Notes: generated from the sequence alone by a model not told the origin. A DNA stretch of 64,000 nucleotides from an uncultured delta proteobacterium (GCA_963708295.1 CAVPSJ010000019.1:81498-145497), one strand, 5' to 3'. Counted from the first letter of the stretch, positions 10,091 through 20,158 are shown. A program made the numbers and translations.

Positions 10091-11572
10091 ATGCTTGCAA
10101 ACGATGAACTTGCTCTTCTCATCAAGTCAAAATACCCGGTCATCTTTGTAGAATCGATCGACGAGGAATATGTGGTGAACCAGCTCAGGCAGATCACCAG
10201 CCAGCTGGGCCTGATTTTTTACCAGTGGTCCGTGACCGGGGGCCTGCAAAGAGGTTTTAATGAGAACCCCTACTATCAAACAGGCGATCCTGAAAAAATG
10301 ATCAAGACCGTTCTTTCCTTGATCAAATCGGATCGGTCCGAAGTGGGGTTATTCGTTTTTAAAGATTTTGACAAGCACCTGGAAAATTCGATTATTCTGA
10401 GGTTGTTTAAGGATTTAGTGAATCTGATCAAGAACACAAAAATCACGATCGTCCTTCTCGGTTCGGAATATAAGCTTCCAAAGGATATCGAGCCCGATGC
10501 AGCTCACATCGTAGGCGGGTATCCCGACGAGCAGGAAATCGCTTCTGTACTGAAAGGGATGTTTCGTGAACTCACTCGAGACGAGAAGGGAAAAGTATCC
10601 TTGACCGCCGACGAAACAGATCAGATCACTAAATCTCTGAAGGGGTTATCCGTCCAGCAGATCAGGAACGTCATCCACCAGTGTTTTATCGACGATCGTC
10701 TCATCGACATCAAAGACCTGGGCACCGTCGAGTCCTATAAGAAGAAGCTATTTGATCAGGAAGGATTACTCGAGTTTTGCATCACCGAGGATAAAGCCAA
10801 CATCGCAAATTTCGACAACTTAAAACGCTGGCTCGATGAGCGCAAGGAGAGTTTCATCGGGGCGGCCTCTTCTCTCCCTCCTCCCCGGGGGGTCCTCCTG
10901 ATGGGAATACAGGGGTGTGGAAAAAGTCTGTCTATTAAAGCCATCGCCAAGGAACTGGGATTGCCTCTTTATCGACTCGACATCGGAAGACTCTACGGTC
11001 AATACATCGGGCAAACCGAACAGAACCTCAGAAGGGCCTTAGCCACGGTCGATAAGCTCTCTCCCTTGTGTTTATGGATCGATGAGATCGAGAAAGGCTT
11101 CGCGGCATCGGCGGGGGAGTCGGACGGAGGTGTTTCTCAAAGGGTTCTCGGAACCTTCCTCACCTGGATGCAGGAACGGAAATCCAGGTGCTTTCTGGCC
11201 GCCACGGCCAATGATGTTTATCGCCTGCCCCCGGAGTTCTTAAGAAAGGGGCGTTTTGACGAGATATTTTTTGTCGACCTTCCTGATCAGGAACTGAGAA
11301 CGTCCCTTTTCGGGATTCATCTCCGGAAACGAGGCCTGGATCCTAAGATCTTCGACTGTAAATCATTGGCTGAAAAGGCCGCGGACTTCAGCGGAGCAGA
11401 AATTGAGCAGGCCATTATCTCGGCTCTTTATCGAGCGTCGAGCAAAAAAGAACCTGTTTCAACGACGCTTATACTTGAACAGATCGGCTTAACAAAACCT
11501 CTCGCCCTGCTGAAGCAAGAAGAGATTTCCACCCTCCGGGAATGGGCCAAAGAACGAACCGTCCCCGCCTAA
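10091..11572 (+). CDS. AAA+ ATPase (Ycf46-like, degenerate N-terminal AAA plus an active AAA)
   Basis: Walker A GIQGCGKS, Walker B LWIDEIEK, LPPEFLRKGRFDEIFFVDLP and FSGAEIE. Confidence 0.92.
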   Translation: MLANDELALLIKSKYPVIFVESIDEEYVVNQLRQITSQLGLIFYQWSVTGGLQRGFNENPYYQTGDPEKMIKTVLSLIKSDRSEVGLFVFKDFDKHLENSIILRLFKDLVNLIKNTKITIVLLGSEYKLPKDIEPDAAHIVGGYPDEQEIASVLKGMFRELTRDEKGKVSLTADETDQITKSLKGLSVQQIRNVIHQCFIDDRLIDIKDLGTVESYKKKLFDQEGLLEFCITEDKANIANFDNLKRWLDERKESFIGAASSLPPPRGVLLMGIQGCGKSLSIKAIAKELGLPLYRLDIGRLYGQYIGQTEQNLRRALATVDKLSPLCLWIDEIEKGFAASAGESDGGVSQRVLGTFLTWMQERKSRCFLAATANDVYRLPPEFLRKGRFDEIFFVDLPDQELRTSLFGIHLRKRGLDPKIFDCKSLAEKAADFSGAEIEQAIISALYRASSKKEPVSTTLILEQIGLTKPLALLKQEEISTLREWAKERTVPA

Positions 11573-11580
11573 AAAACAGA

Positions 11581-11659
11581 AAAACAGGGACACATCCCAT
11601 TTTTTTCATGTTCATCCGCCCTGAGGGGCTACATTGAAAATAGGATGTGTCCCTGTTTT
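11581..11659. repeat. GGGACACATCCCATTTT-family inverted repeat; probable terminator between convergent genes
   Basis: AAAACAGGGACACATCCCATTTT ... AAAATAGGATGTGTCCCTGTTTT; related sequences at 10058, 42961-43010 and 44295-44341. Confidence 0.7.
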
Positions 11660-12599
11660 AATCCCTGATCTTGGCTAATTTCAGTAAGCCGGAATCACGC
11701 CGGTGGATGGTCTCCTTGATTTTCTCATCGGTCCATTCATAAAAGCCTTTTCCTGTTTTTACTCCGAGCAATCCTTCGTCGACCATTCTTTTCAAGACGC
11801 TCAGGGGCTTCAAGTCACTGCATAATTCCGGGAAGAGATAGTTTTGCACTTCGTGGCCAAGATCATGTCCTGCTAAATCCATGGTCTCAAACGCCCCGAT
11901 AAAGGGAAATCGAGATCCAAAGCTGTATTTGACAACCCTGTCGATGTCTTCAGGACTCGCGATGCCTTGCTCAAACAAAGACAATGCCTCACGAAAAAGG
12001 GCAAGTTGCAATCGATTCCCGAGAAAACCGGGTATGTCCTTAAGAACGCGGACGGGTTCTTTTCCGACCCTCTTCATCAGATCCAGGGTCGTCTGAAATG
12101 CCTCGTCTGAGGTATACTCACTTTTAATCACTTCCACGCACGGAACGGCGTGCGGCGGGTTCCAAAAATGGGTGCCCACAACCCGATCCCTCTTTTGCAA
12201 CCCTTCGCTGATCTTTGCTATCCGGATGCCCGAGGTGTTCGTGCACAATAGGGTTTGCGGAGACGTGTGCCTCTCTAACTCGGCAAACACCACCTGTTTT
12301 ACTCCGAGATTCTCGCTCACCGCCTCGATGATGACATCCATCCCCTTGCATAGATCGGACATCGTATGACAAAGGTCGATATTCTTTAAGCAACGTTCCA
12401 GATCGGATTTCTTGATCAACTCTAGATCCAAGAACAATTGGAGATTCTCGCGGATTTTCCCCGGTGCGTCCTTCAGGATCCCGGGATCCTTATCGTAGAG
12501 ATTGACCCGATACCCTTTCATCCCAAAAACCTGGGCAATGCCATGGCCCATGAGCCCAGCCCCGACAATACCGACGGCTTTTATTTCTTCAACCTTCAT
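11658..12599 (-). CDS. 3-hydroxyacyl/3-hydroxybutyryl-CoA dehydrogenase
   Basis: GAGLMGHGIA Rossmann motif, EAVSE, TNTSG, GTHFWNPP, PGFLGNRL and GVKTGKGFY. Confidence 0.94.
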   Translation of the reverse strand: MKVEEIKAVGIVGAGLMGHGIAQVFGMKGYRVNLYDKDPGILKDAPGKIRENLQLFLDLELIKKSDLERCLKNIDLCHTMSDLCKGMDVIIEAVSENLGVKQVVFAELERHTSPQTLLCTNTSGIRIAKISEGLQKRDRVVGTHFWNPPHAVPCVEVIKSEYTSDEAFQTTLDLMKRVGKEPVRVLKDIPGFLGNRLQLALFREALSLFEQGIASPEDIDRVVKYSFGSRFPFIGAFETMDLAGHDLGHEVQNYLFPELCSDLKPLSVLKRMVDEGLLGVKTGKGFYEWTDEKIKETIHRRDSGLLKLAKIRD

Positions 12600-12745
12600 T
12601 CAAAGCCCCTTTCTAAGGCGCTACGGAGATGTATTTTTCCATTTGGCGGAGAGCCTTTCGACAAACTCAAGGCGCTTGGCGGCTTCGCGCCCCAATCCTC
12701 TGGCGTCTGGAGAGGAAAGAGAGGGAGAGAAGCACGGAAAAAGCG

Positions 12746-14386
12746 CTAAACGGGTTGGTAGGTACTAAAGCGCACGGTCTGAGAGCGGGCACGCGGGTCA
12801 GTGACAACATTGACCACGGCCGGCTTTCCGGCACGCACCGCGGCTTGGGCGCGTTCCAGACTCGGGCGAATCTCGTCGGGTCTTTCTACGTGCTCACCGT
12901 GGCAACCCAAAGCTTCGGCAATTTTGTCGTAGCGGGTAAAACCCAGGTCGCGACCGGCCATCTCACCGACCCCGGCCCAGCCGCCATTGTTGCTCACGAC
13001 GACCAGGATCGGGATGTTCTGCCGCACAGCAGTGTCCATCTCCATTCCATTCAAGCCAAAGGAGCCGTCCCCACTGAGGACGATCACCTGCTTGTCAGGT
13101 TTGGCTATCTTCGCGCCGAGGCCGTAGGGAACCGCCACGCCCATACAGCCGTTGGCTCCGGCGTTGATGCGATGGCCCGGCGCATAGGTGGGAATCGACT
13201 GTCGCGCGTAATTTAGAATTTCGTGGCCGTCTACCGCCAGGATTGCGTCGCGATCCATAAAATCGCGCACTTCTTTGCACAGACGCAAAGGATGAATGGG
13301 CACCGCATCGGTGTTGAGCAGCTCCGCCGCTTTTTCCTCGTTCTGGTGCGACGCCCGTCGCAGATCAGCAATCCAGGGAAGGTCCACTGGAGAGGAGAAA
13401 ACCCTGCGGGCGACCTCCGTCAGCTGCTCTAAGACGCGTCGCGCATCGCCGACGATGCCAATATCGATCGTGCGATTGCGCCCTAATTCCTCGCGAGAGA
13501 TATCGACCTGGATCATCTTCACATCCGATGCCCAACGCGGTGGCAGGCCGAAGCCCACGATAAAATTGAGTCGGGTCCCGATCATCAGGACCACATCCGC
13601 CTCTCTAAAAGCCTTCGAGCGGGCACCCAGGAAAGAGAGCGAATGGTCCTCCGGGATGACGCCCCGTCCCTGTGGCGTGGTGGCGAAGGGAATACCCGTG
13701 GCATCGACGAACATCCGGAGGGCTGCTGAGGCGTCAGACCACAGAATGCCGCTGCCGGTCAGAATGAGAGGGCGTTTCGCATGCCTGAGGAGTGCCACAG
13801 CTTCCTCGATCAATTCGGGATCCCCGCCAGGCCGTGGCTGTTTGGGCAGATTCCGCGGAAACGGCACTTCATCCAGTTCTACCTGAGCATACAGGATGTC
13901 TCCCGGCAGATCGAGATAGACCGGTCCCTGCTGGCCCTGGGTGGCCATACGGATTCCCTTACCCATCAGCTCTGGAATGCGCCGCGCATCCGTAACGCGC
14001 TCGGCCCATTTGCACACGGGTTTGAAGATGGATAATTGATCGATCTCCTGAAACCCCCCTCGGCTGTTCTGCGTCATCGGGCTTGATCCTCCCAGCGCCA
14101 CGACGGGCGTGGCATCGAGAAAGGAATTGCCGATGCCGGTCAGGAGATTCGTTGTTCCGGGTCCGGAAGAAGCAAAGCAGATCCCAGGCTTGCCGGTCAG
14201 GCGACTATAAGCGTGCGCCATCATGGCTGCCGCCTGCTCATGGCGCACGCCAATCGATTTAAGTTGCATCTCTATGCAGAGCCTGGCAACGTCCGACATG
14301 GGCCCACCGGGAAGATAGAAGATGGTGTTGACCCCTTCGTTCATCAGACTTCGCACGACCAGATCGCTCCCGGTCACTTTCGGCAT
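12746..14386 (-). CDS. ThDP-dependent enzyme (2-hydroxyacyl-CoA lyase / oxalyl-CoA decarboxylase-like)
   Basis: RHEQAAAMMAHAY, SGPGTTN, GFQEIDQ, GPVYLDLP and the ThDP motif GDGSFG...NN. Confidence 0.9.
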   Translation of the reverse strand: MPKVTGSDLVVRSLMNEGVNTIFYLPGGPMSDVARLCIEMQLKSIGVRHEQAAAMMAHAYSRLTGKPGICFASSGPGTTNLLTGIGNSFLDATPVVALGGSSPMTQNSRGGFQEIDQLSIFKPVCKWAERVTDARRIPELMGKGIRMATQGQQGPVYLDLPGDILYAQVELDEVPFPRNLPKQPRPGGDPELIEEAVALLRHAKRPLILTGSGILWSDASAALRMFVDATGIPFATTPQGRGVIPEDHSLSFLGARSKAFREADVVLMIGTRLNFIVGFGLPPRWASDVKMIQVDISREELGRNRTIDIGIVGDARRVLEQLTEVARRVFSSPVDLPWIADLRRASHQNEEKAAELLNTDAVPIHPLRLCKEVRDFMDRDAILAVDGHEILNYARQSIPTYAPGHRINAGANGCMGVAVPYGLGAKIAKPDKQVIVLSGDGSFGLNGMEMDTAVRQNIPILVVVSNNGGWAGVGEMAGRDLGFTRYDKIAEALGCHGEHVERPDEIRPSLERAQAAVRAGKPAVVNVVTDPRARSQTVRFSTYQPV

Positions 14387-14817
14387 GGTTCTCCTTGCAG
14401 AGCTTTATTGTTGTAATCCGTCACCCAGTTCTGGATTTTTTTGCAAATTGTTTGGACGGTTTGTGAAATAGGCGTCACAAAGTCCGTCTTTCTAATCTCT
14501 TTGTAAAAGATTGCGACTAGATTTACAACTAATACCGCCTGCGCAGTCCACCTATCTATCGTCGATGGCAAGATGATCTCGGAGTTTAGGATTACTGATC
14601 AAAATGTGTAAACAAGGTAGCTTACTACATTGGAGATAATACGTACATATCGAAGAATGAGAAAAATCCTTGACAAGTCCCAATTTTTATGCCTTTATTT
14701 AGGCAAATAGACAACCAAATTGTTTTGAAGGAGGTGATGGAATCAGCAATTATTGGAATTTTTTAGCTCAGGGAAATTCCTGATATTATTGATATTATTA
14801 AGGAAGGAGGGAGAAGA

Positions 14818-15381
14818 ATGAAAAAGGAAATATCGGTCATATTGGCGTTTATCCTTACATTCATTATTCACGGGGCGGCTTTTGGTGGGTTCGCACCTCC
14901 ACCAGCGATCCCGAAACCTCCCGAGAATCCCACAGGAGCCTATGTCAAAGGTTATTTCACTGTTGCTTATGACAAAGCCCATCTCGCCCAGTTCACACAC
15001 TATAATGTTCACTTTGTGTTAGAATGGGACAGGGCCGGCGTAGGAGAAGGGATGGTGAAAGGGATTGAAAAAGGAAAAGTAGGCAGTTTCGATTTGAAGG
15101 AACTCACGGGAAGAGTCATCCCAGTCGAAGCGGTGCATCTTTTTTCTGCAGCCGTTCCCGGACCAGGTCAAAATCTCTGTAATTATACTGATGATTACAT
15201 TAGAGCAACAGGCTGGTACCTCCCCGAAACACTGGGTGTTCCAGCGGTCTTTGGTATGCCTGAATTTAAGTATTACATTACGAAACTAAAAATAATAAAT
15301 AAAGATTTTTGCGGTGATGTCACTAAGGAAGAACCAGGTGCAATGATCCGTGGAGAGATCGAGATCCTCCTATATAAGTAA
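14818..15381 (+). CDS. Hypothetical secreted protein
   Basis: AAGGAGG SD, signal peptide (AAFG), Pro-rich linker and a terminator-like hairpin downstream. Confidence 0.75.
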   Translation: MKKEISVILAFILTFIIHGAAFGGFAPPPAIPKPPENPTGAYVKGYFTVAYDKAHLAQFTHYNVHFVLEWDRAGVGEGMVKGIEKGKVGSFDLKELTGRVIPVEAVHLFSAAVPGPGQNLCNYTDDYIRATGWYLPETLGVPAVFGMPEFKYYITKLKIINKDFCGDVTKEEPGAMIRGEIEILLYK

Positions 15382-15404
15382 TCTGATAATGATTCATTAA
15401 TGGA

Positions 15405-15430
15405 CAGGTGGAGTCTTAGCGCTCCACCTG
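15405..15430 (+). terminator. Putative intrinsic terminator hairpin
   Basis: CAGGTGGAG-loop-CTCCACCTG 24 nt after the stop codon; weak U tract. Confidence 0.5.
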
Positions 15431-15721
15431 CTTCCTCGCATTGGATGGAAGTGCTCTTTTCTCGTCCCCTTCTCCCTTATGACGATTATCCCTTATAATC
15501 TGGTATAGTCATGGGGGCCTCACCTTGAGGATTTCAGGAAGGAAGAGTTGAAAAGGAGCTTGTTTAGTTCACCACAAGTCAATACGGGCAACCATATTCA
15601 GGAACCGAAGATTACGACTTGAAAGTAAGCCTAACGATGCCGGTGACCGGTGGGTTTTAAAGCGTAAGGTCGAGCAGCTAATTCGCAACTTCCCATAATA
15701 TACGAGAAATCGGTTCCCGAT

Positions 15722-15904
15722 TCATAGATCCTTTCTCTCCTTTTTCAAATAGAATGATTTTAATTTTAAGGTATTCACTTCTGTTAAAATCTGTCTCCTC
15801 CTGTCTTGGGATTCAAGAACAGCCATATCGTTTACAATCTTCTTAACTGCAAAATCCATCCCATCCGAAGATTTCTTGAACATGTCCCCCTCCTTGATGT
15901 TCAT
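15722..15904 (-). CDS. Small hypothetical protein
   Basis: AAGGAGG SD upstream of ATG; 60 aa with a small beta-barrel-like pattern. Confidence 0.6.
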   Translation of the reverse strand: MNIKEGDMFKKSSDGMDFAVKKIVNDMAVLESQDRRRQILTEVNTLKLKSFYLKKERKDL

Positions 15905-16014
15905 AAAGGCCCTCCTTTCATGCCCTTTTCCGTAGGATATTTATTATGAAAAATTCAACAAAATAAATGCCCAGGAATTTATAGCTTGAAAATGGGTCAA
16001 CCGGGAATCAGGTA

Positions 16015-16716
16015 TCATGAAAAAAGATCCTTAATTCGTTCCCATATTCCCCTTGATCTGACTACAATATCTGACTGGTCACGAACGCTGGAGGCAGCAG
16101 CAAGAGGTTTATCCAAAAGCTGAGGGCGGAATACCTTAAAATTAAACACACGAGGTGCATTATGCCATTCTATCTTTTGGCCTACAGCAAGATACCAGTC
16201 GATCAAACCAATGATATGAACACGATCTTCGGCTTTATAGGTGACAATTCTTATATTTTCGTTGGTTTTATTAGTGAAGGTGACGTTTTTCTTCCGCTGG
16301 CCCGAAATTTTGATATTCTTCCGGTCGCCCGCGATTTCTACGTCCGAACCGATGATCCCACTTTCCGCCAAAATTCGTTCAAACAAGCCGCTGGCGTTGG
16401 GTTTGACGACCTTGAACCGATAATTGTCAAGCGGATAGGTTACGCTTTTGTCGGGTTTCAGAACCCACCCCGTCCTGGCGACCCATCGAACCCAATCGTC
16501 ATCATTATAGACATAAACCCTTACAGTCATTTTTGACCTGTTTGTAATGGTCATATTTTCAGGTACATCGGGCCTTGCAACCTCAACTTTTACCTGATCA
16601 CCTTTTGTCGGAAATGGCAAATCCTTGGTCAAGCGGGATAACAGATTGGGTCCAAGGAAGTAAATTATAAGGAAGATCGCAACGAGGATCGAAAGAAAAC
16701 CAATAACTTTCTTCAT
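16015..16716 (-). CDS. Membrane-anchored hypothetical protein with two tandem beta-rich repeats
   Basis: N-terminal TM helix; repeats ITNRSKMTVRVYVYNDDD..W..FKVVKP and FTNKTNENIRIVTYKAED..W..FKVFRP. Confidence 0.75.
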   Translation of the reverse strand: MKKVIGFLSILVAIFLIIYFLGPNLLSRLTKDLPFPTKGDQVKVEVARPDVPENMTITNRSKMTVRVYVYNDDDWVRWVARTGWVLKPDKSVTYPLDNYRFKVVKPNASGLFERILAESGIIGSDVEIAGDRKNIKISGQRKKNVTFTNKTNENIRIVTYKAEDRVHIIGLIDWYLAVGQKIEWHNAPRVFNFKVFRPQLLDKPLAAASSVRDQSDIVVRSRGIWERIKDLFS

Positions 16717-16855
16717 TTTAATCCCCCTAGAAGGTTAAGGTTCAGTTGGTAGGATGGCTTCTAACGTTTTATTGGGGGGTTCCCTCATCCACCCCCAAAA
16801 GGTGTTTAAGAGGAGGGCAATGAAATGAGCGAAATTAACCGCCTGCTTAGAGAGA

Positions 16856-16872
16856 AGCATAATATATGCCGG
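16856..16872 (-). promoter_or_regulatory. Putative sigma54 (-24/-12) promoter
   Basis: Minus strand CGGCATATATTATGCT (GG-N10-GC) upstream of the 16716 start. Confidence 0.55.
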
Positions 16873-17403
16873 GTATAATGGTTTGAAATGAGAGAGATTT
16901 TATTTTGAGGTTATGGTCAAATTGACAATTTTGTTACCGTTTAGGACAAATTGGTACTACCCTTGTCATCACCACAGTTCAAAATATATATAGCCTTAAT
17001 TGACGATTACTCCTGGAAATGTTGTAAAGAGGGTTATAAATTGAAAAACAACATTTCAGGAAGCTACTAAACGAAATTTCCGTTTCGGAATTGTTGGAGC
17101 AGGTTGATAGTAAAATTTGGCGAGTTCATTTACTTATCTTGTTGTGAAATGATTTAGAGGTTCAACGATTACGGGTAACAGTGTGCAGGGTTAAGAGAAG
17201 TAAAACAGGGTTGGCTGCTGGCAGCCGATGCCTTCATAAATTCCTTTCGATTCATCTCCTTTGACATAGACCTCCCCTCCATTTCTCTGATTTTTGAAAG
17301 TGAAAATCCAGAACACCCCCAAAGGGACAGGAATCCCCTGCAGACTTCACTTAAGCAGCTGTGCTGGCATGAGCCACTATCTTCCCTTGCTTTGCCGCTT
17401 TTG

Positions 17404-17958
17404 CTATCTTACCAATTTAGTAAACTTCGTCCCTTCGATCGTTGCCGCTGCCATCAAGCCCCTCTGACCGAAGAAAAAGGCTACAATGGGGTCCTTCACA
17501 CTCACGGTGTCAAAGGATATTTCCTGCCCTACGTCTATGAAGGATGCGGTCCCGTCGACTCCTGCCTTCCAGCCAGAACTGGCACGGAATTTCTTAAGGG
17601 CTTCGTCTTTCATAAATACAAGTACTAAGTTCATCTTTTGAGCGCCGATCTGAAATCCGACCGAACCAGCTGCGATGCTGTAATATTCAACCGTCTTTCC
17701 TTCAATTCTCAAGGCACCCTCACCGTATAGGCCCCCCACACCAAGTCCTGCCTTAATGATGTTCGGTATGACGAGAACACCTTTCGCATCCCGAAAGAAT
17801 TCCTGGCCTCCCTCCACGTGTTGCCGAAATAGCTCCAGAGCAACATTCACCTCCGCATTGAGCTCACCGGCCGTTTTAGCATAGGAAGGTATGGATAGAA
17901 AAGGACTAAGAATAAGTGTCAAACATGCAACCATCCAAAAGATTCTTCCCCTTTTCAT
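17404..17958 (-). CDS. Ysc84/SYLF lipid-binding domain protein, exported
   Basis: AKGVLVIPNIIKAGLGVGGLYGEGAL, SVGFQIGAQ and GLMAAATIEGTKF; AAGGAGGT SD before ATG 17958. Confidence 0.9.
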   Translation of the reverse strand: MKRGRIFWMVACLTLILSPFLSIPSYAKTAGELNAEVNVALELFRQHVEGGQEFFRDAKGVLVIPNIIKAGLGVGGLYGEGALRIEGKTVEYYSIAAGSVGFQIGAQKMNLVLVFMKDEALKKFRASSGWKAGVDGTASFIDVGQEISFDTVSVKDPIVAFFFGQRGLMAAATIEGTKFTKLVR

Positions 17959-18197
17959 ATTTTTACCTCCTTTAAAATAAAATCCTTTAGTCGATACGAG
18001 TCTACTAATTTTGAAAGAATACTTCAACAAGAATTATCAATTCCCATTTGACAGGTTGTACGATGGGGGTTTTAGAAAATCACGAGCACGGGAATATGCT
18101 CTCAGAAAACTGCTTGCGGCTTTTACCCACAAATGTTCTATTCAATAGAGTTTAGATAGCTGATGATTACTATTTGAAAAAGTGGATGAGGGGCGAA

Positions 18198-18419
18198 TCA
18201 AACTCTTGACATCGGCTGATCAGTAAATTTGTTATAAAGGCGGTAGACCTTGCAGTATTTACAATCCTTAAGAATGCCTATCAGGATTTCACACTGAGTG
18301 TAAAGCACCTCCCAGCATGGTCTTTCGGGATTAAGATAAGCAGGACATTTTTTGTAAACATATTCCGGACAGTCCATTAACTTCAAGCAAGCATATTTGT
18401 CCTTCCAAAAGGCTGCCAC
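18198..18419 (-). CDS. Small Cys-rich protein (two-CW-domain-like)
   Basis: C-x5-C-x7-CPAY..PCWE..C..CxxCxVY pattern. Confidence 0.7.
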   Translation of the reverse strand: MAAFWKDKYACLKLMDCPEYVYKKCPAYLNPERPCWEVLYTQCEILIGILKDCKYCKVYRLYNKFTDQPMSRV

Positions 18420-18518
18420 TTCTTTCTCCCAAGAGTCGTTCTGAATTTGTTATTTAATCTGGCAATTCAAACGTTCCGACCGCCTAATTTTTATAATAGT
18501 TGATCTGGATCAGTCTCC

Positions 18519-18989
18519 TCAATTGCCCAAGAGAAATATTTTAGATGGATTCTCTACATAATCGGAATATTCTTTTATGGCCTTTTTTAATAGGTCTTTA
18601 AGATTACTTCCCCTCTCTTTCCTCCTTCTCTCAATAACTGTCCCAAGATAAACCATCGAACGGGTAAGATCATCTCTATGATAGACTTTAAATTCGACGG
18701 GCTTCTTTCCCGACGATAAAAGTTCAGTTTCCATTTTTTCAAAAATGGGGAGGAAACCATTGATCCCCTCTTTCTCAGGATATAATTGCTCCCATTGTTC
18801 CAACCTTTCCACGAGGCATCCTTTTCCCATTAGCTCTGAAACGCAAAAATGAATTCCTTGATACTGCAGGGAGAAACCACATGGTTTTGCACCAATTAAG
18901 CAGTTGGATATCCTCTGGTTTGCCACCAGCGTAAAAAGGCTCCCTCTACTCATCCTCTTCAATTCACTTCTTCCTTCTAGAATATCCAT
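18519..18989 (-). CDS. Hypothetical protein
   Basis: GAGGT SD before ATG 18989 and a consensus sigma54 promoter immediately upstream. Confidence 0.6.
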   Translation of the reverse strand: MDILEGRSELKRMSRGSLFTLVANQRISNCLIGAKPCGFSLQYQGIHFCVSELMGKGCLVERLEQWEQLYPEKEGINGFLPIFEKMETELLSSGKKPVEFKVYHRDDLTRSMVYLGTVIERRRKERGSNLKDLLKKAIKEYSDYVENPSKIFLLGN

Positions 18990-19026
18990 AGAGACCTCAA
19001 AGTAAAAAGCCCATATTACAGGAGGG

Positions 19027-19042
19027 AGCAAAAGTTGTGCCA
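19027..19042 (-). promoter_or_regulatory. Sigma54 promoter
   Basis: Minus strand TGGCACAACTTTTGCT is an exact TGGCAC-N5-TTGC consensus. Confidence 0.8.
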
Positions 19043-19385
19043 ATGAATATAGATTGTAAGATATTGATATTATAAGTATTATTTGTTTAAACATCTTGCG
19101 GTGTGAAATTTTTTTGTACACCTTCTAACATTTTTGGCCATAAGCCTTGTGAAGCGAAATGACTTTTACTATATCCAATTTTGCGAATTGAGGAGATGCT
19201 CTTGATTTGCACTTGAAAGATTGTATTCAGGGACAAAATTTGAAGCCTTAGAAGAGGAAGTACTGTTGCGCGGCGATTCTGGCAGGATTAAGAAACTCAA
19301 TACCATTCCTAATCTCACTTTAATACCTACTTTTTCCTCTCAAAAGTTCGAGATCAGAAGTATGGGTGCTTGAGTGGAATAAGAA

Positions 19386-19592
19386 TTACTCAAGGATCTG
19401 GCTCAGCTTTTTGAGTGATTCCTTCGTAAATTCGATGGCATTTTTGCAGTTCTTCATTCTGGTATCCCATTCTCCTTGCTCTAAGGGGCCGAGTCCGGAA
19501 AGATCGAGTTGGCTGCAAAACCGCATAGCCTCATCCAGATGAAATCCAATCCGCTCCAATGCCATTCTGTTTCTTTCTTTGTCAATTTCCAT
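19386..19592 (-). CDS. Small helical hypothetical protein
   Basis: 68-aa ORF with an amphipathic helical hairpin pattern; GGAG upstream. Confidence 0.6.
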   Translation of the reverse strand: MEIDKERNRMALERIGFHLDEAMRFCSQLDLSGLGPLEQGEWDTRMKNCKNAIEFTKESLKKLSQILE

Positions 19593-19774
19593 CGCCGTGG
19601 CTCATCTCCCTGCCCTTGTTCTTTGACAACTGAGTAAGGTTTTTCTTGAGAAGTGCACTTACAAAGAATTAAGATACGTTCTCTACTTGACCTGAAGATT
19701 TACGATTAGAATCGAGAATAACGATTCAAGTCGGTGGTGGCTGCAAGCTATCCGGCGGAGTTATTGGTAATGTC

Positions 19775-20158
19775 TTAAAACTTTATTAAGAATACAATTG
19801 CCATGACCACACCGGCAGTGAACCATAATACCAAGAAGACGGACGCATACCACTCAATTACTCCTTTACCAGAGGCATAAAATCTCGGAAATGCATTCTG
19901 TAGCTTTCTTGAAATTAACCTTGGAGGTCGTTCTGAAAACCATGCCTCAATGCAAATCATCCCCCACGAGGCCACAATTACGAATACTCCAAGCGCCATT
20001 GGTATTTTAAAAAATGATTGTCCTCCTTCAAGGGCTATGACGGAAAAAGGGATGACAACAAGAGCTAAGCCAACAGTGGCCGAAATCCAAAGAAGGAGTT
20101 TATGTGGCCTTAACCACCTTGCAATTCTTCTTAATGTATTCGGCGTAAACATCTCCAC
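19775..20158 (-). CDS. Hypothetical membrane protein (about 3 TM)
   Basis: Three hydrophobic segments; directly follows the 20171 gene. Confidence 0.6.
   Translation of the reverse strand: MEMFTPNTLRRIARWLRPHKLLLWISATVGLALVVIPFSVIALEGGQSFFKIPMALGVFVIVASWGMICIEAWFSERPPRLISRKLQNAFPRFYASGKGVIEWYASVFLVLWFTAGVVMAIVFLIKF

Noticed and set aside
14727-14766. AAGGAGGTG followed by the 9-codon ORF MESAIIGIF as a leader peptide
   Set aside because: SD-ATG spacing is too short and no attenuator structure is seen
19700-19775. AATAAC..GTTATT inverted motif after the 19775 gene, and GCCTAAC at ~15629, as integron attC sites
   Set aside because: No convincing L boxes or RYYYAAC/GTTRRRY pairing, and no intI in the window
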